The translations under genes and the position numbers were made by a program. Source: Pseudidiomarina sp. (GTDB taxonomy: Bacteria; Pseudomonadota; Gammaproteobacteria; Enterobacterales; Alteromonadaceae). Taken from it: DNA of 64,000 nucleotides. How positions within the stretch are numbered: the first letter of the stretch is position 1; the number at the start of each line of letters is the position of its first letter. The notes under the pieces were generated by a model. The model was not told where the DNA came from, did no database searches, and worked only from the letters and a program-made list of their open reading frames with translations. The DNA is taken from assembly GCA_048268755.1 (NCBI GenBank), contig JBLWUU010000002.1:241268-305267 (forward strand). Direction: 5' to 3'. Positions 29,029 to 38,517 of this stretch are shown in pieces.

Positions 29029-29631
29029 TCAGTTTTGGCCACTCGTGCCACCCATGTTCACGCCGTTTGAATTCAGTGCTGGATTATAGATTGACGCTTG
29101 ATGAATAAAAATAACGGTGGTGTCCGAAACCGCAAGCTCGGCGCCGTTTTCATCAAATAACCTGACGCGCAAACGATGTTCGCCGCGATTCAGGTCGCTC
29201 AAGGTTACACCAGCAGAGGGGCCTTCATAGGCAAGTTGGTTGTCGACCCATAACTCGTAGTGCAAGCGCCCAGGAACATTGCGTGTGCGCGCCGCCCAAG
29301 CCACGTCAACGATACCTTCATTGCTACGAATGGTCGCTTCATGCGTTGGCGTAGTAATAGCGATGCTTGCTTCGACACTCCCATCATCTTCACTCGCGTC
29401 TTGTTCGGCCGAGTCACCTGTCGATGCCGCAGCCTTCGTCTTCACCGGAGCAAACTCGCTTACCACAGAGTCGACTTTCACTTCTTCGGCACCAGCTTCT
29501 TTTTTATCGGTATACACCACGGTGCCATCTTCGAGCACCTTCTTGTAGACCTGAGCCTGACTGGGGGGCGCACAAAAAAGGCTCACCATGACTCCAAGTA
29601 GCAGCGTTGCAAGTAACGATGTGCGGGTCAT
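29029..29631 (-). CDS. DUF4124 domain-containing secreted protein
   Basis: Signal peptide, VYKKVLEDGTVVYTDK, C-terminal Ig-like region with RGEH. Confidence 0.8.
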   Translation of the reverse strand: MTRTSLLATLLLGVMVSLFCAPPSQAQVYKKVLEDGTVVYTDKKEAGAEEVKVDSVVSEFAPVKTKAAASTGDSAEQDASEDDGSVEASIAITTPTHEATIRSNEGIVDVAWAARTRNVPGRLHYELWVDNQLAYEGPSAGVTLSDLNRGEHRLRVRLFDENGAELAVSDTTVIFIHQASIYNPALNSNGVNMGGTSGQN

Positions 29632-29671
29632 AATGAGCCTCCTGTCGTGCTTTAGTTTCTATGACTGAGCA

Positions 29672-31084
29672 TTAGACCGAATAATAAAGATCAAATTCAA
29701 TCGGATGCGTGGTCATCTTCAAGGTCATCACTTCTTTCTGTTTCAACGCAATGTACGCGTCGATCATATCGTCGGTCATCACGTCACCTTGCTTCAAGAA
29801 GTCGCGATCTTTGTCGAGTGCTTCCAACGCCATTTCTAGCGAGTGACACACGGTTGGGATCTCTTTTGCTTCTTCCGCAGGCAAGTCATACAAGTCTTTG
29901 TCCATAGCATCGCCAGGATGGATCTTGTTTTTGATGCCGTCGAGACCTGCCATCAACAAGGCCGTGAAGCACAGATACGGGTTCGCCGCTGGGTCAGGGA
30001 AACGTACTTCGATACGGCGTGCCTTGGCAGTGGCGACCAATGGAATACGAATCGACGCTGAACGGTTACGTGCTGAGTAAGCCAACATGACCGGCGCTTC
30101 GAAACCTGGGACCAAACGCTTGTACGAGTTCGTCGCAGGGTTGGCAAACGCGTTGATCGCGCGTGCGTGCTTGATAATACCGCCAATATAATAAAGCGCT
30201 GTTTCGCTCAAACCGCCGTACTGGTCACCCGCAAACAAGTTTTTGCCGTCTTTCGCCAGTGACATATGCACGTGCATGCCTGAACCGTTGTCGCCAACGA
30301 TTGGCTTCGGCATGAAGGTCGCAGTCATACCGTATGAGTGAGCAACGTTGTGTACGACGTACTTATACACTTGGATTTCGTCGGCTTTCTTGGTCAGCGT
30401 GTTGAAGCGAGTTGCCACTTCGTTCTGGCCAGCAGTCGCCACTTCGTGGTGGTGTGCTTCAACCACTAAGCCCATGTCTTCCATCACTTCACACATGGTG
30501 CTACGAATATCGTGCGCTGAATCTACTGGAGGCACCGGGAAGTAACCACCTTTCACGCCTGGACGGTGCGCTAAGTTACCGTCGGCATATTCCTTACCTG
30601 AATTCCACTTCGCTTCCTCAGCTTCGATTTTGTAGAACGAGCCACTCATATCAGTGTGGAAACGCACGTCGTTGAATAGGAAGAACTCTGGCTCTGGGCC
30701 AAACAATGCGGTGTCAGCGATACCCGCGCTTTGCAAGAAAGCTTCGGCGCGACGCGCAATTGAGCGTGGGTCACGGTCGTAACCTTGCATGGTGTCTGGT
30801 TCAAGAATGTCACAGACCACATTCATGGTTTGCACATTTGAAAACGGGTCCAAGACGATAGAAGAACAGTCAGGCATTAGAACCATGTCTGATTCGTTGA
30901 TACCTTTCCAGCCGCTGATTGACGAGCCGTCAAACATTTTGCCTTCTTCAAAGAAGTCTTCGTTGATCTGCGACACCGGGATGGTGACGTGCTGCTCTTT
31001 ACCTTTGGTATCGGTAAAGCGCAAATCGACGAATTTAACTTCGTTTTCTTCAATAAATTGCATTACGTCTTGTGGTGTCGACAT
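29672..31084 (-). CDS. glnA: Glutamine synthetase type I
   Basis: [45 protein letters not shown]. Confidence 0.99.
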   Translation of the reverse strand: MSTPQDVMQFIEENEVKFVDLRFTDTKGKEQHVTIPVSQINEDFFEEGKMFDGSSISGWKGINESDMVLMPDCSSIVLDPFSNVQTMNVVCDILEPDTMQGYDRDPRSIARRAEAFLQSAGIADTALFGPEPEFFLFNDVRFHTDMSGSFYKIEAEEAKWNSGKEYADGNLAHRPGVKGGYFPVPPVDSAHDIRSTMCEVMEDMGLVVEAHHHEVATAGQNEVATRFNTLTKKADEIQVYKYVVHNVAHSYGMTATFMPKPIVGDNGSGMHVHMSLAKDGKNLFAGDQYGGLSETALYYIGGIIKHARAINAFANPATNSYKRLVPGFEAPVMLAYSARNRSASIRIPLVATAKARRIEVRFPDPAANPYLCFTALLMAGLDGIKNKIHPGDAMDKDLYDLPAEEAKEIPTVCHSLEMALEALDKDRDFLKQGDVMTDDMIDAYIALKQKEVMTLKMTTHPIEFDLYYSV

Positions 31085-31109
31085 GGTTTGCTCCGTTAGT
31101 CGTTAAGTT

Positions 31110-31146
31110 GAAAAGCGTTGTTCGCTATTCGCTGTTTGCTGTTCGG
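31110..31146 (-). repeat. 4x heptamer element, copy B (glnA leader)
   Basis: Minus strand CCGAACA GCAAACA GCGAATA GCGAACA ACGCTTTTC. Confidence 0.8.
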
Positions 31147-31155
31147 CTAAAAGAC

Positions 31156-31171
31156 TGCAAGCTGTGTGCCA
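31156..31171 (-). promoter_or_regulatory. Sigma-54 promoter of glnA
   Basis: Minus strand TGGCAC-ACAGC-TTGCA (-24/-12 consensus). Confidence 0.9.
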
Positions 31172-31277
31172 ACTTTTGACAAAGCAATTAAATTCAATAC
31201 CTTGCAAACAACATATAGCACATAAATCTGATTTGTCTGGCTTGCTGCCGGTGCTTTGGTGCTTTTACGTCGAATTT

Positions 31278-31317
31278 TGCACCATTATAGTGCATATATT
31301 CGCACCATAACAGTGCA
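31278..31317. promoter_or_regulatory. Two NtrC enhancer sites for glnA
   Basis: TGCACCATTATAGTGCA (31278-31294) and CGCACCATAACAGTGCA (31301-31317). Confidence 0.88.
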
Positions 31318-31324
31318 ATCGTGA

Positions 31325-31379
31325 CTTATCCAGAGAGGGCAACCCTCTGTGGATAAGCCCGAGGCTTAGCACAGAGGGT
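31325..31379. repeat. Three-arm inverted repeat containing DnaA-box-like 9-mers
   Basis: CTTATCCAGAGAGGG / CCCTCTGTGGATAAG / CTTAGCACAGAGGG; TGTGGATAA at 31348-31356. Confidence 0.8.
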
Positions 31380-31398
31380 GAACGGTGGAATGCGGGCT

Positions 31399-34300
31399 CT
31401 AGCTGCGGCGTTTCAGCAATGACGCATAAAGCAACGGAATTACGATTAAAGTAAGGACGGTCGATACCGCAATACCGAAGATAAGGCTGACCGCGAGACC
31501 GTTGAATATCGGATCGTCTAAGATGAAGAACGCGCCCATCATTGCCGCGATAGCAGTCAGCACAATTGGCTGAGTACGCACAGCGGCAGCTTTGATAACG
31601 GCATCGTTCAACGGCGTACCGGCAGCCACCGCTTCACGCACAAAGTCGACCAACAGAATCGAGTTGCGCACGATAATACCAGCCAAGGCAATCATGCCGA
31701 TCATGGATGTCGCGGTAAATTGCGCTCCCAGTAAGGCATGACCTGGCATGATGCCGATTAAGGTCAGCGGTATCGGTGCCATGATCACCAGCGGCGTACC
31801 GTAGCTACCAAAATGGCCGACCACCAATAAGTAAATCAGCAGCAAGCCCACGGCATAAGCCAAGCCCATATCACGGAAGGTCTCGTAAGTGATTTGCCAT
31901 TCACCATCCCATTTCACCGCCGCCTGATCCCACTCGGTAGGCTGTGTGATATAGCTTTGCGGCAATTCAATGTCTGCGGCCGCATCGAATAAACCATACA
32001 ACGGAGAGTCAAGCTCGCCGGCCATGTCCGCAGTCACATACACCACCGGACGCAAATCCTTATGGTAACGCGGCTGCTGCAATGGCACGGTGACCCGCTC
32101 GATGAACGCACTTAGCGGCACCGCTTGCCCTTGCTGATTCGTCACTGTCAGGCTTTCAAGCTGTGCTAACTGACCTTGCCACTCCGCTGGCAAGAAGAGT
32201 TGCACTGGAATAGGCTGCAATTGATCTACGCTGGCCAAATAGGTCACCGGCATACCGCTGAGTGCGGTTTGTAGTACCTGCACAGCTTGCGCTGGACTGA
32301 CACCAAGCTGGGTGGCGCGCGCATTATTGATCTGCCAAATTTCTTCGACGCCATCATCAACTAGAGTACTGTCGACATCGACCACACCCTCGGTTTGCTG
32401 TAACTGCGCCAGAACTTGCTGCGCCGCAGCCTCACGCTCTTGTGCGGAAGGCCCGTAGACTTCAGCTACTATAGGGGCCAGTACAGGTGGTCCTGGTGGC
32501 ACTTCGACCACTTTCAAACGACCACCAACGGCTTCCGCTATGGGCGTTAATAACGGACGAATCGCTAAGGCTATTTCATGACTCGCGCGGTCACGGTCTG
32601 CTTTATCGGCCAAGGTAACTTGAATATCGCCTTGGTGCGATGCGCTACGCAAATAATATTGTCGCACCAAGCCATTGAAACCAATAGGCGATGCCGTGCC
32701 AGCGTAAATTTGCGTCGCGGTGACTTCTGGCACTTCGTCTAGCTTTTCTGCAAGCGCCAGCAAGACTTTGTTGGTTTGCTCAAGACTGGTGTCCTCCGGC
32801 ATATCCAACACCAGCTTGATTTCGCTCTTGTCATCAAACGGCAGCATCTTCATCACCACCGCTTGCACTACCGCAAGACCGAGCATGGCGACAATCAAAA
32901 CGATCAAGCCAAAGCCCATGAAATAACGTTTCTTGCGACTTTCGAGTAAGGGACGCATGACGCGCTCGAATAAGCGTTGCAGACGGCCATCTTTTTGCTC
33001 GCCGGCCTCGTCGTGATGACCTGAATCTTTCAGCAAATGCCGCGCCAGCCATGGTGTTACCGTCAAAGCAATGATCAACGACAACAGCATGCCCATCGAG
33101 GCATTGATCGGGATTGGGCTCATATAAGGCCCCATCAGCCCACTGACGAACGCCATCGGCAACAGTGCGGCGATCACCGTAAAGGTGGCCAAAATGGTCG
33201 GCCCACCGACTTCGTCGACGGCTGGCGGAATCGCTTCTTTCAGCGACTTGCCCATGCCTAAGTGGCGGTGAATGTTTTCCACCACGACGATGGCGTCATC
33301 AACCAAGATACCGATCGAGAATATCAGCGCGAATAACGACACACGATTGAGAGTAAAACCCCAGGCCCACGAAGCAAACAAAGTGGTCGCGAGGGTTAGC
33401 ACCACGGCACTACCGACCACCACAGCCTCGCGTTTGCCAAGGGTGAACAACACCAGAGCTACTACTGAAATAGTGGCAAAAATGAGTTTCTGAATAAGTT
33501 TTGAAGCTTTATCGTCGGCGGTCTTCCCGTAGTTACGAGTCACTTCGACGTCTAATGCCGGTGGCAACCACTGCGCCTCAAGCGTGGCTAAACGCTCAAG
33601 CACGCGGGCGGCAACATCCACCGCATTCTCGCCAGCTTTTTTGGTAACCGTCATGGTCACTGCGGGCTGCACATCACCATCTTTTGCGCGTGACCACACG
33701 TAACGCGACGCCTTGTTGGCACTTGAACTAATGGTTGCGACCTGCTCCAAACGCACCGGACGACCGTTTACCACGGCGACAACGAGCTCGCGCAGTTGCT
33801 GCTCACTCTCAATAAAACCACCGGCCTGAATGGCCAATTGTTGACCTTGCTGCAAACGATAGCCCGCTTGGGCGCTGGCATTTTGACTCTGCAGCGCTTG
33901 TGCGACCCGATTAAAATCGAGCCCTACTTGCTCTAATGCTGTGCTATCTAAGGTCACGCCAATTTGCTCAGGCTCGGCACCAATCACTTCAACATCACGC
34001 ACGCCTGCAACGTTTTGCAAAGGAGCGCGCAAGGTGTCGGCCACCGCTTTTAAATCAAGTTCCGTAGAAGTTAGCGTCAAGCCCAAGATAGGTACATCAT
34101 CGATACCACGCGCTTTGACCAGCGGTTGGCTGGTCTGCGGGTGTTGTTGCTGCCACGAGGCGAGGGTGTCAAATAACTCTACCAGCGCCTTATCGCGTGG
34201 CACGCCGACCTCGAATTGCACAGTAATCAGCGCTTGCCCCGCTTGCGCTACCGAATAAATGTGCTCAATGCCCTGCATGCGCGCAAAGTGCTGCTCTAGC

Positions 34301-34518
34301 GGCGTTGCCAGTTGCTGTTCTACTTGCTCGGCGCGTGCGCCAGGAAACGCCACCATAACGTCAGCCATGGTTACATCTATTTGCGGCTCTTCTTCACGGG
34401 GCGTGATCATGGCCGCCATAAGACCTAACAGTAGACCGAACAGGGCCAGCAAAGGTGTTATTTGCGAGCGCTCGCCCCACGCCGCTAGACGCCCAGCAAT
34501 CCCCATTTTATTCGCCAT
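31399..34518 (-). CDS. RND efflux transporter permease
   Basis: REEEPQID, GILVDDAIVVVENI, GIIVRNSILLVDF; start 34518 preferred. Confidence 0.92.
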   Translation of the reverse strand: MANKMGIAGRLAAWGERSQITPLLALFGLLLGLMAAMITPREEEPQIDVTMADVMVAFPGARAEQVEQQLATPLEQHFARMQGIEHIYSVAQAGQALITVQFEVGVPRDKALVELFDTLASWQQQHPQTSQPLVKARGIDDVPILGLTLTSTELDLKAVADTLRAPLQNVAGVRDVEVIGAEPEQIGVTLDSTALEQVGLDFNRVAQALQSQNASAQAGYRLQQGQQLAIQAGGFIESEQQLRELVVAVVNGRPVRLEQVATISSSANKASRYVWSRAKDGDVQPAVTMTVTKKAGENAVDVAARVLERLATLEAQWLPPALDVEVTRNYGKTADDKASKLIQKLIFATISVVALVLFTLGKREAVVVGSAVVLTLATTLFASWAWGFTLNRVSLFALIFSIGILVDDAIVVVENIHRHLGMGKSLKEAIPPAVDEVGGPTILATFTVIAALLPMAFVSGLMGPYMSPIPINASMGMLLSLIIALTVTPWLARHLLKDSGHHDEAGEQKDGRLQRLFERVMRPLLESRKKRYFMGFGLIVLIVAMLGLAVVQAVVMKMLPFDDKSEIKLVLDMPEDTSLEQTNKVLLALAEKLDEVPEVTATQIYAGTASPIGFNGLVRQYYLRSASHQGDIQVTLADKADRDRASHEIALAIRPLLTPIAEAVGGRLKVVEVPPGPPVLAPIVAEVYGPSAQEREAAAQQVLAQLQQTEGVVDVDSTLVDDGVEEIWQINNARATQLGVSPAQAVQVLQTALSGMPVTYLASVDQLQPIPVQLFLPAEWQGQLAQLESLTVTNQQGQAVPLSAFIERVTVPLQQPRYHKDLRPVVYVTADMAGELDSPLYGLFDAAADIELPQSYITQPTEWDQAAVKWDGEWQITYETFRDMGLAYAVGLLLIYLLVVGHFGSYGTPLVIMAPIPLTLIGIMPGHALLGAQFTATSMIGMIALAGIIVRNSILLVDFVREAVAAGTPLNDAVIKAAAVRTQPIVLTAIAAMMGAFFILDDPIFNGLAVSLIFGIAVSTVLTLIVIPLLYASLLKRRS

Positions 34519-35479
34519 AGCTGACCACCTCGCCAGCATCCAAGCCGCTAACAACTTCTACGTCTGCGCCGTACCGAGCACCCAGACGGACTGCGCGCCA
34601 GCTATCATCAGCTAACTTAACCATGGTTAATTCGCCTTGGCGATAGACCGCAGCGGCGGGAACCACTACACCAGCATGCTCACCAACTTTTACGCTTACG
34701 GTTTGCCATTGCCCCGGCAGGAATCCGGTGTCGGCGGGTAAATTCAAGCGTAAGCGCTGGGTACCTGTTTGCTGATCGGCGGTTGGGAAAACTAAAAACT
34801 GGCTTGGCTCAATACCCGCGACACGCGCCCATGCGAAGCGCTGCGCTGCCGCCGCATAAGGCGCCGGCAGGTCCACATGAATACGCAACTCGGCTGGGTC
34901 AAAACCGCTCATCAAAGGTGTGCCCGGCTGCACCAGCTCGCCGGGTTCGACCAAGCGGGCGCTTACCACCCCACCGTATGGGGCTTTCACTTCGGTATAC
35001 GACAACTGCTCCTGCGCACGAGCCACTGCGGCTTTAGCGGAACGTTGCTGGGCTTTAGCGCTGTCTAAGTTTGCTTGTACCCGGTCACGCTCGGCAACTG
35101 GCACGAGCTTTTGCTCAACCAAACGAATCACGCGATCGTACTCTTGTTGCGCGGCGGTTAAATTCGCTTCGGCAGCTGCGAGTTGTGACTCGGCTTGCGT
35201 CAATGCTTGGTATTGATCAACAGAGGTAATCGTCACGATGGTCGCACCGGCTGGGACTTTGTCACCAACCTCGACCAGCACGCGCTCCACGCGCCCTGAC
35301 ACTTGTGCCGACACGGTGGCTGCATTGGTCGCTTCCACGACACCTTGCAACTGGACTAAGTCAGCTAAACTTTTCTGTTCAGCTTTTATGGTGGCTGCAC
35401 TACTCGCAAAAGGCAGGAGATACAAGCCACTCACGGCCAAAGCTAGCACGCCAATCACGCCTTGTCGTAATGTCATCAT
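34508..35479 (-). CDS. RND periplasmic adaptor (membrane fusion protein)
   Basis: VSAQVSGRV, lipoyl-like halves, KAPYGGVV; overlaps permease start. Confidence 0.9.
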   Translation of the reverse strand: MMTLRQGVIGVLALAVSGLYLLPFASSAATIKAEQKSLADLVQLQGVVEATNAATVSAQVSGRVERVLVEVGDKVPAGATIVTITSVDQYQALTQAESQLAAAEANLTAAQQEYDRVIRLVEQKLVPVAERDRVQANLDSAKAQQRSAKAAVARAQEQLSYTEVKAPYGGVVSARLVEPGELVQPGTPLMSGFDPAELRIHVDLPAPYAAAAQRFAWARVAGIEPSQFLVFPTADQQTGTQRLRLNLPADTGFLPGQWQTVSVKVGEHAGVVVPAAAVYRQGELTMVKLADDSWRAVRLGARYGADVEVVSGLDAGEVVSYGE

Positions 35480-35523
35480 TCGTTCCTCAAAATAGTGAGC
35501 ATAGCTAATAGTTTAGATTGTGC

Positions 35524-35547
35524 TTATTTTAGGCTTTTCTAAAATAA
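35524..35547. promoter_or_regulatory. Perfect 9-bp inverted repeat upstream of RND operon (candidate operator)
   Basis: TTATTTTAG-GCTTTT-CTAAAATAA. Confidence 0.55.
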
Positions 35548-35631
35548 AAGTCTAGGCTGGTACAACCTCCGAAAAAATTAGCAAAACATATCCACACCCA
35601 TCTAAAAACTAGGTATGCTGGTCTTAAATTT

Positions 35632-35650
35632 ACTAATAATCATTCTTATT
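35632..35650. promoter_or_regulatory. Possible Fur box
   Basis: ACTAATAATCATTCTTATT, 15/19 to AATGATAATCATTATCATT; region is AT-rich. Confidence 0.4.
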
Positions 35651-35703
35651 GCACCCATACAAAGTCATGCAAGTTTGATTCATAGCCAAAGAAGAATGAT
35701 CCT

Positions 35704-38400
35704 ATGTTCTATCGAGTGAGCTCCAGCGCTGCGCGAAAGTTTGTCGTCTCCGTTGCCACCTTATTTGTGGTCACTGGAGTCGTAGGCGCAATTGAGCTTG
35801 CTCTCTACCAAAATGAACTGCTTATGGCAGTCGTCCCTCAGTCGCTTGTTTACTCAGCTTTGATTGTTGGCATTGGTCTTTATGGCTTGTTGTATCGTTC
35901 TAAATGGTGCTGTTGGCTTGCGGGGCTCAGCTTGCTAGCGGTACTTGGCACGGTAGCCTGGTTGATTGAGTTTGAGGGCAACGTGCGCTTAATCGCACTC
36001 CCGCTGTCCTATGTCGCGGTACTGCTGTGCGGTACAGCTCTATTATTTTTCGTCAAACCCGACAGTAAGCTCGGACGTGTCGTCTGGCGTTTTTGCATCG
36101 CCTGTTCAAGTCTCATTTTCTTATTTATTCAAGCGTCCGTTTGGGGTCTATTCAGTGACAATGCCTTGGCTCTCAACCAAGCCAATTTCATTGCTCTTAG
36201 CTTGATTTCAGTTCTGGTCAGCTTGGGTGCAGTTGCATTAGCAGTGCTCATGCACACATACAACGACAATCACCGGCCAACATTGCGCTCGCAAGTTATT
36301 ATTATCGCGATGACCATCATCGGTGTGAGTATTTGGTACACGCTGAACTTAAATGAACTCCGCAGCCAAAGCGACAAAGCCGAAACCAAAATCGAGCTCA
36401 TCGCTCAGATGATCGACGCCACCTTAGAGACGCAAAGTAATATCGCCAAGCAAATGCAACAGCGGTTTACCACAGCGCAAGACCAAGCCACTTTGGCGCG
36501 CTTGATTGAACTCGACACCACGAGCTTCGAGGCAAATAACTCAATTGTCCGGGGTTTTATTCTGTATGACGGACAGCAAAACGTACTCATGAGTAATGGC
36601 TATGCGACTGAATTTCTCGCTGCAGACATGCTTAAGTCGGACCGCTTTTCGGAGTGGCTTGCCGCGGCCGAGCAGGATATTCGTTTAGTAATTCATGGCG
36701 CATCGTTGGCCACTGCAGACCCCATTTTTATTATTTCGACGCCGTTTAACACACCCAGTGCTGAACCCCGTCAGTTACTGACCCTACTTGATGTAAATAA
36801 AGTCATTGCAACCCAGTATTTGAGCTATTTCGATAGCATGGAAACTTACTTGGAATTTAGCCCGCAATTGCTTATTTCGATGCAAGGTTCAGCCTCCGGC
36901 ACACTATCACTTACTGAGCTGATGCGTCAGGCACCGCATTTCATTACCAGTTCAGCGGCGATTGCTGGTTCAACCGAGATGAACTTTCATAGCGTATTGC
37001 GGGACTATTCAGAGATCCAAAACAGTGCACAGTTAGATCAACTTTTATTGTGGTTAACCTTTGCCTTTGTCTTTATCTACATTTTGGCTGAGGATAACTC
37101 ACAGCGCGCCGCCAAACGCCAGCACGAGCTCGCCTACCTTGCGAAACATGATGACATTACCGGTTTTTTACGACGCGATTCTTTTAATGCGACCTTAGCT
37201 GAGCGCGACCGGGTCGCAATGCGTAAACAGCGGAACATGCTATTTATTAACTTGGACGGCTTTAAACCCATTAACGATAGCATTGGCCATACCTTAGGTG
37301 ACAAAGTGCTCTATGAAACGGCGCGACGAATTGAGAGCTGCGCCCCAGCAGGTTCGGTACTAGCGCGTTTTAGCGGTGACGAATTCTTGGTTTATTTTGA
37401 GCCTAACCAAGAAAAAACTGCAGACGAATGTGCTGACTGCATTTTGCAAGCCGTTCGCAAACCTTATGAAATCGATGGCATCGATATCCATCTTTCCGCG
37501 AGTATCGGCAACGCCAACAACGAAGAACTGCCCATTGAAGCGTTGCAGTTAATTCAGCATGCCGAAATTGCTATGAGCCAAGCCAAACGACTTGGTGGTA
37601 ATCTTACGCAACACTTCATGCAAGGTATGGCACGTGACTACCAGCAACAGGTCCGACTGCGTAACGCCTTGCAGATTGCTCTCGATAGGAAAGACTTTGA
37701 AGTCTACTATCAACCCATTTTCAATACGGCCGATCACACCATTACCGGTGTAGAAAGTCTGGTGCGTTGGAATTTGGATGGTGAATTTGTTTCTCCCGCA
37801 GAATTCATCAAAATTGCTGAGAGTACCGGACAGATCATTCCGCTCGGTGAGCAAGTGTTGGATTTAGTCTTGGCCGATATTCAGCGTCATCCGCAATTAC
37901 AAAGCATCAAAGTGACCGTCAATGTTTCGGCACAGCAGTTGCAGCGTTATAACTTCCCTAAGTTCCTTGCTGAACGACTTGCCTTTTACCAAGTTGCGGC
38001 GCGTAACCTTACGTTAGAGCTCACCGAGGGCGTATTTGCTGGTGAAACTGTATCGACTATCGCGGCCTTGCAGCAGTTGCGTGACATGGGCTGTCATGTC
38101 GCCATTGATGACTTCGGTACCGGCTTCTCGAGTCTGTCTTATCTGAACCGCTTACCGGCTGATATTATCAAAATCGACCGCGTTTTCACCCACGGCATCG
38201 CCGACGATCCAGAGCTATTTGTCGTGGTTCAAAAAATCATCGAACTCTGCGGTCAGTTGCAAAAGCGTGTGATCGTCGAAGGTATTGAAGACGAGGTACA
38301 GCTGAATATCTTTACCCAACTTGGGGTTGAGCGCGTACAAGGCTTTTTCTTCGCGCACCCGATGCCTATCCGACAGTTGCTCAAGCGGTTGGTAAAATAA
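35704..38400 (+). CDS. Multi-TM GGDEF-EAL protein
   Basis: Multiple TM helices; SGDEF; ESL variant with VNVS, LELTE, DDFGTG, IKID, EGIE, QG intact. Confidence 0.88.
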   Translation: MFYRVSSSAARKFVVSVATLFVVTGVVGAIELALYQNELLMAVVPQSLVYSALIVGIGLYGLLYRSKWCCWLAGLSLLAVLGTVAWLIEFEGNVRLIALPLSYVAVLLCGTALLFFVKPDSKLGRVVWRFCIACSSLIFLFIQASVWGLFSDNALALNQANFIALSLISVLVSLGAVALAVLMHTYNDNHRPTLRSQVIIIAMTIIGVSIWYTLNLNELRSQSDKAETKIELIAQMIDATLETQSNIAKQMQQRFTTAQDQATLARLIELDTTSFEANNSIVRGFILYDGQQNVLMSNGYATEFLAADMLKSDRFSEWLAAAEQDIRLVIHGASLATADPIFIISTPFNTPSAEPRQLLTLLDVNKVIATQYLSYFDSMETYLEFSPQLLISMQGSASGTLSLTELMRQAPHFITSSAAIAGSTEMNFHSVLRDYSEIQNSAQLDQLLLWLTFAFVFIYILAEDNSQRAAKRQHELAYLAKHDDITGFLRRDSFNATLAERDRVAMRKQRNMLFINLDGFKPINDSIGHTLGDKVLYETARRIESCAPAGSVLARFSGDEFLVYFEPNQEKTADECADCILQAVRKPYEIDGIDIHLSASIGNANNEELPIEALQLIQHAEIAMSQAKRLGGNLTQHFMQGMARDYQQQVRLRNALQIALDRKDFEVYYQPIFNTADHTITGVESLVRWNLDGEFVSPAEFIKIAESTGQIIPLGEQVLDLVLADIQRHPQLQSIKVTVNVSAQQLQRYNFPKFLAERLAFYQVAARNLTLELTEGVFAGETVSTIAALQQLRDMGCHVAIDDFGTGFSSLSYLNRLPADIIKIDRVFTHGIADDPELFVVVQKIIELCGQLQKRVIVEGIEDEVQLNIFTQLGVERVQGFFFAHPMPIRQLLKRLVK

Positions 38401-38517
38401 CTGGCGTCTGTTAGGGTGACTGCGTATAATACGCCGCTATTTTAACCAATGACGGGAAACCGTCCGCGGCGATCACTTCTCAAAAAGTTTCATCTCGCGT
38501 TTTTACAGGCTTTATTA

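Noticed and set aside
35588-35596. ATATCCACA as a DnaA box
   Set aside because: Single one-mismatch 9-mer is expected by chance in 64 kb.
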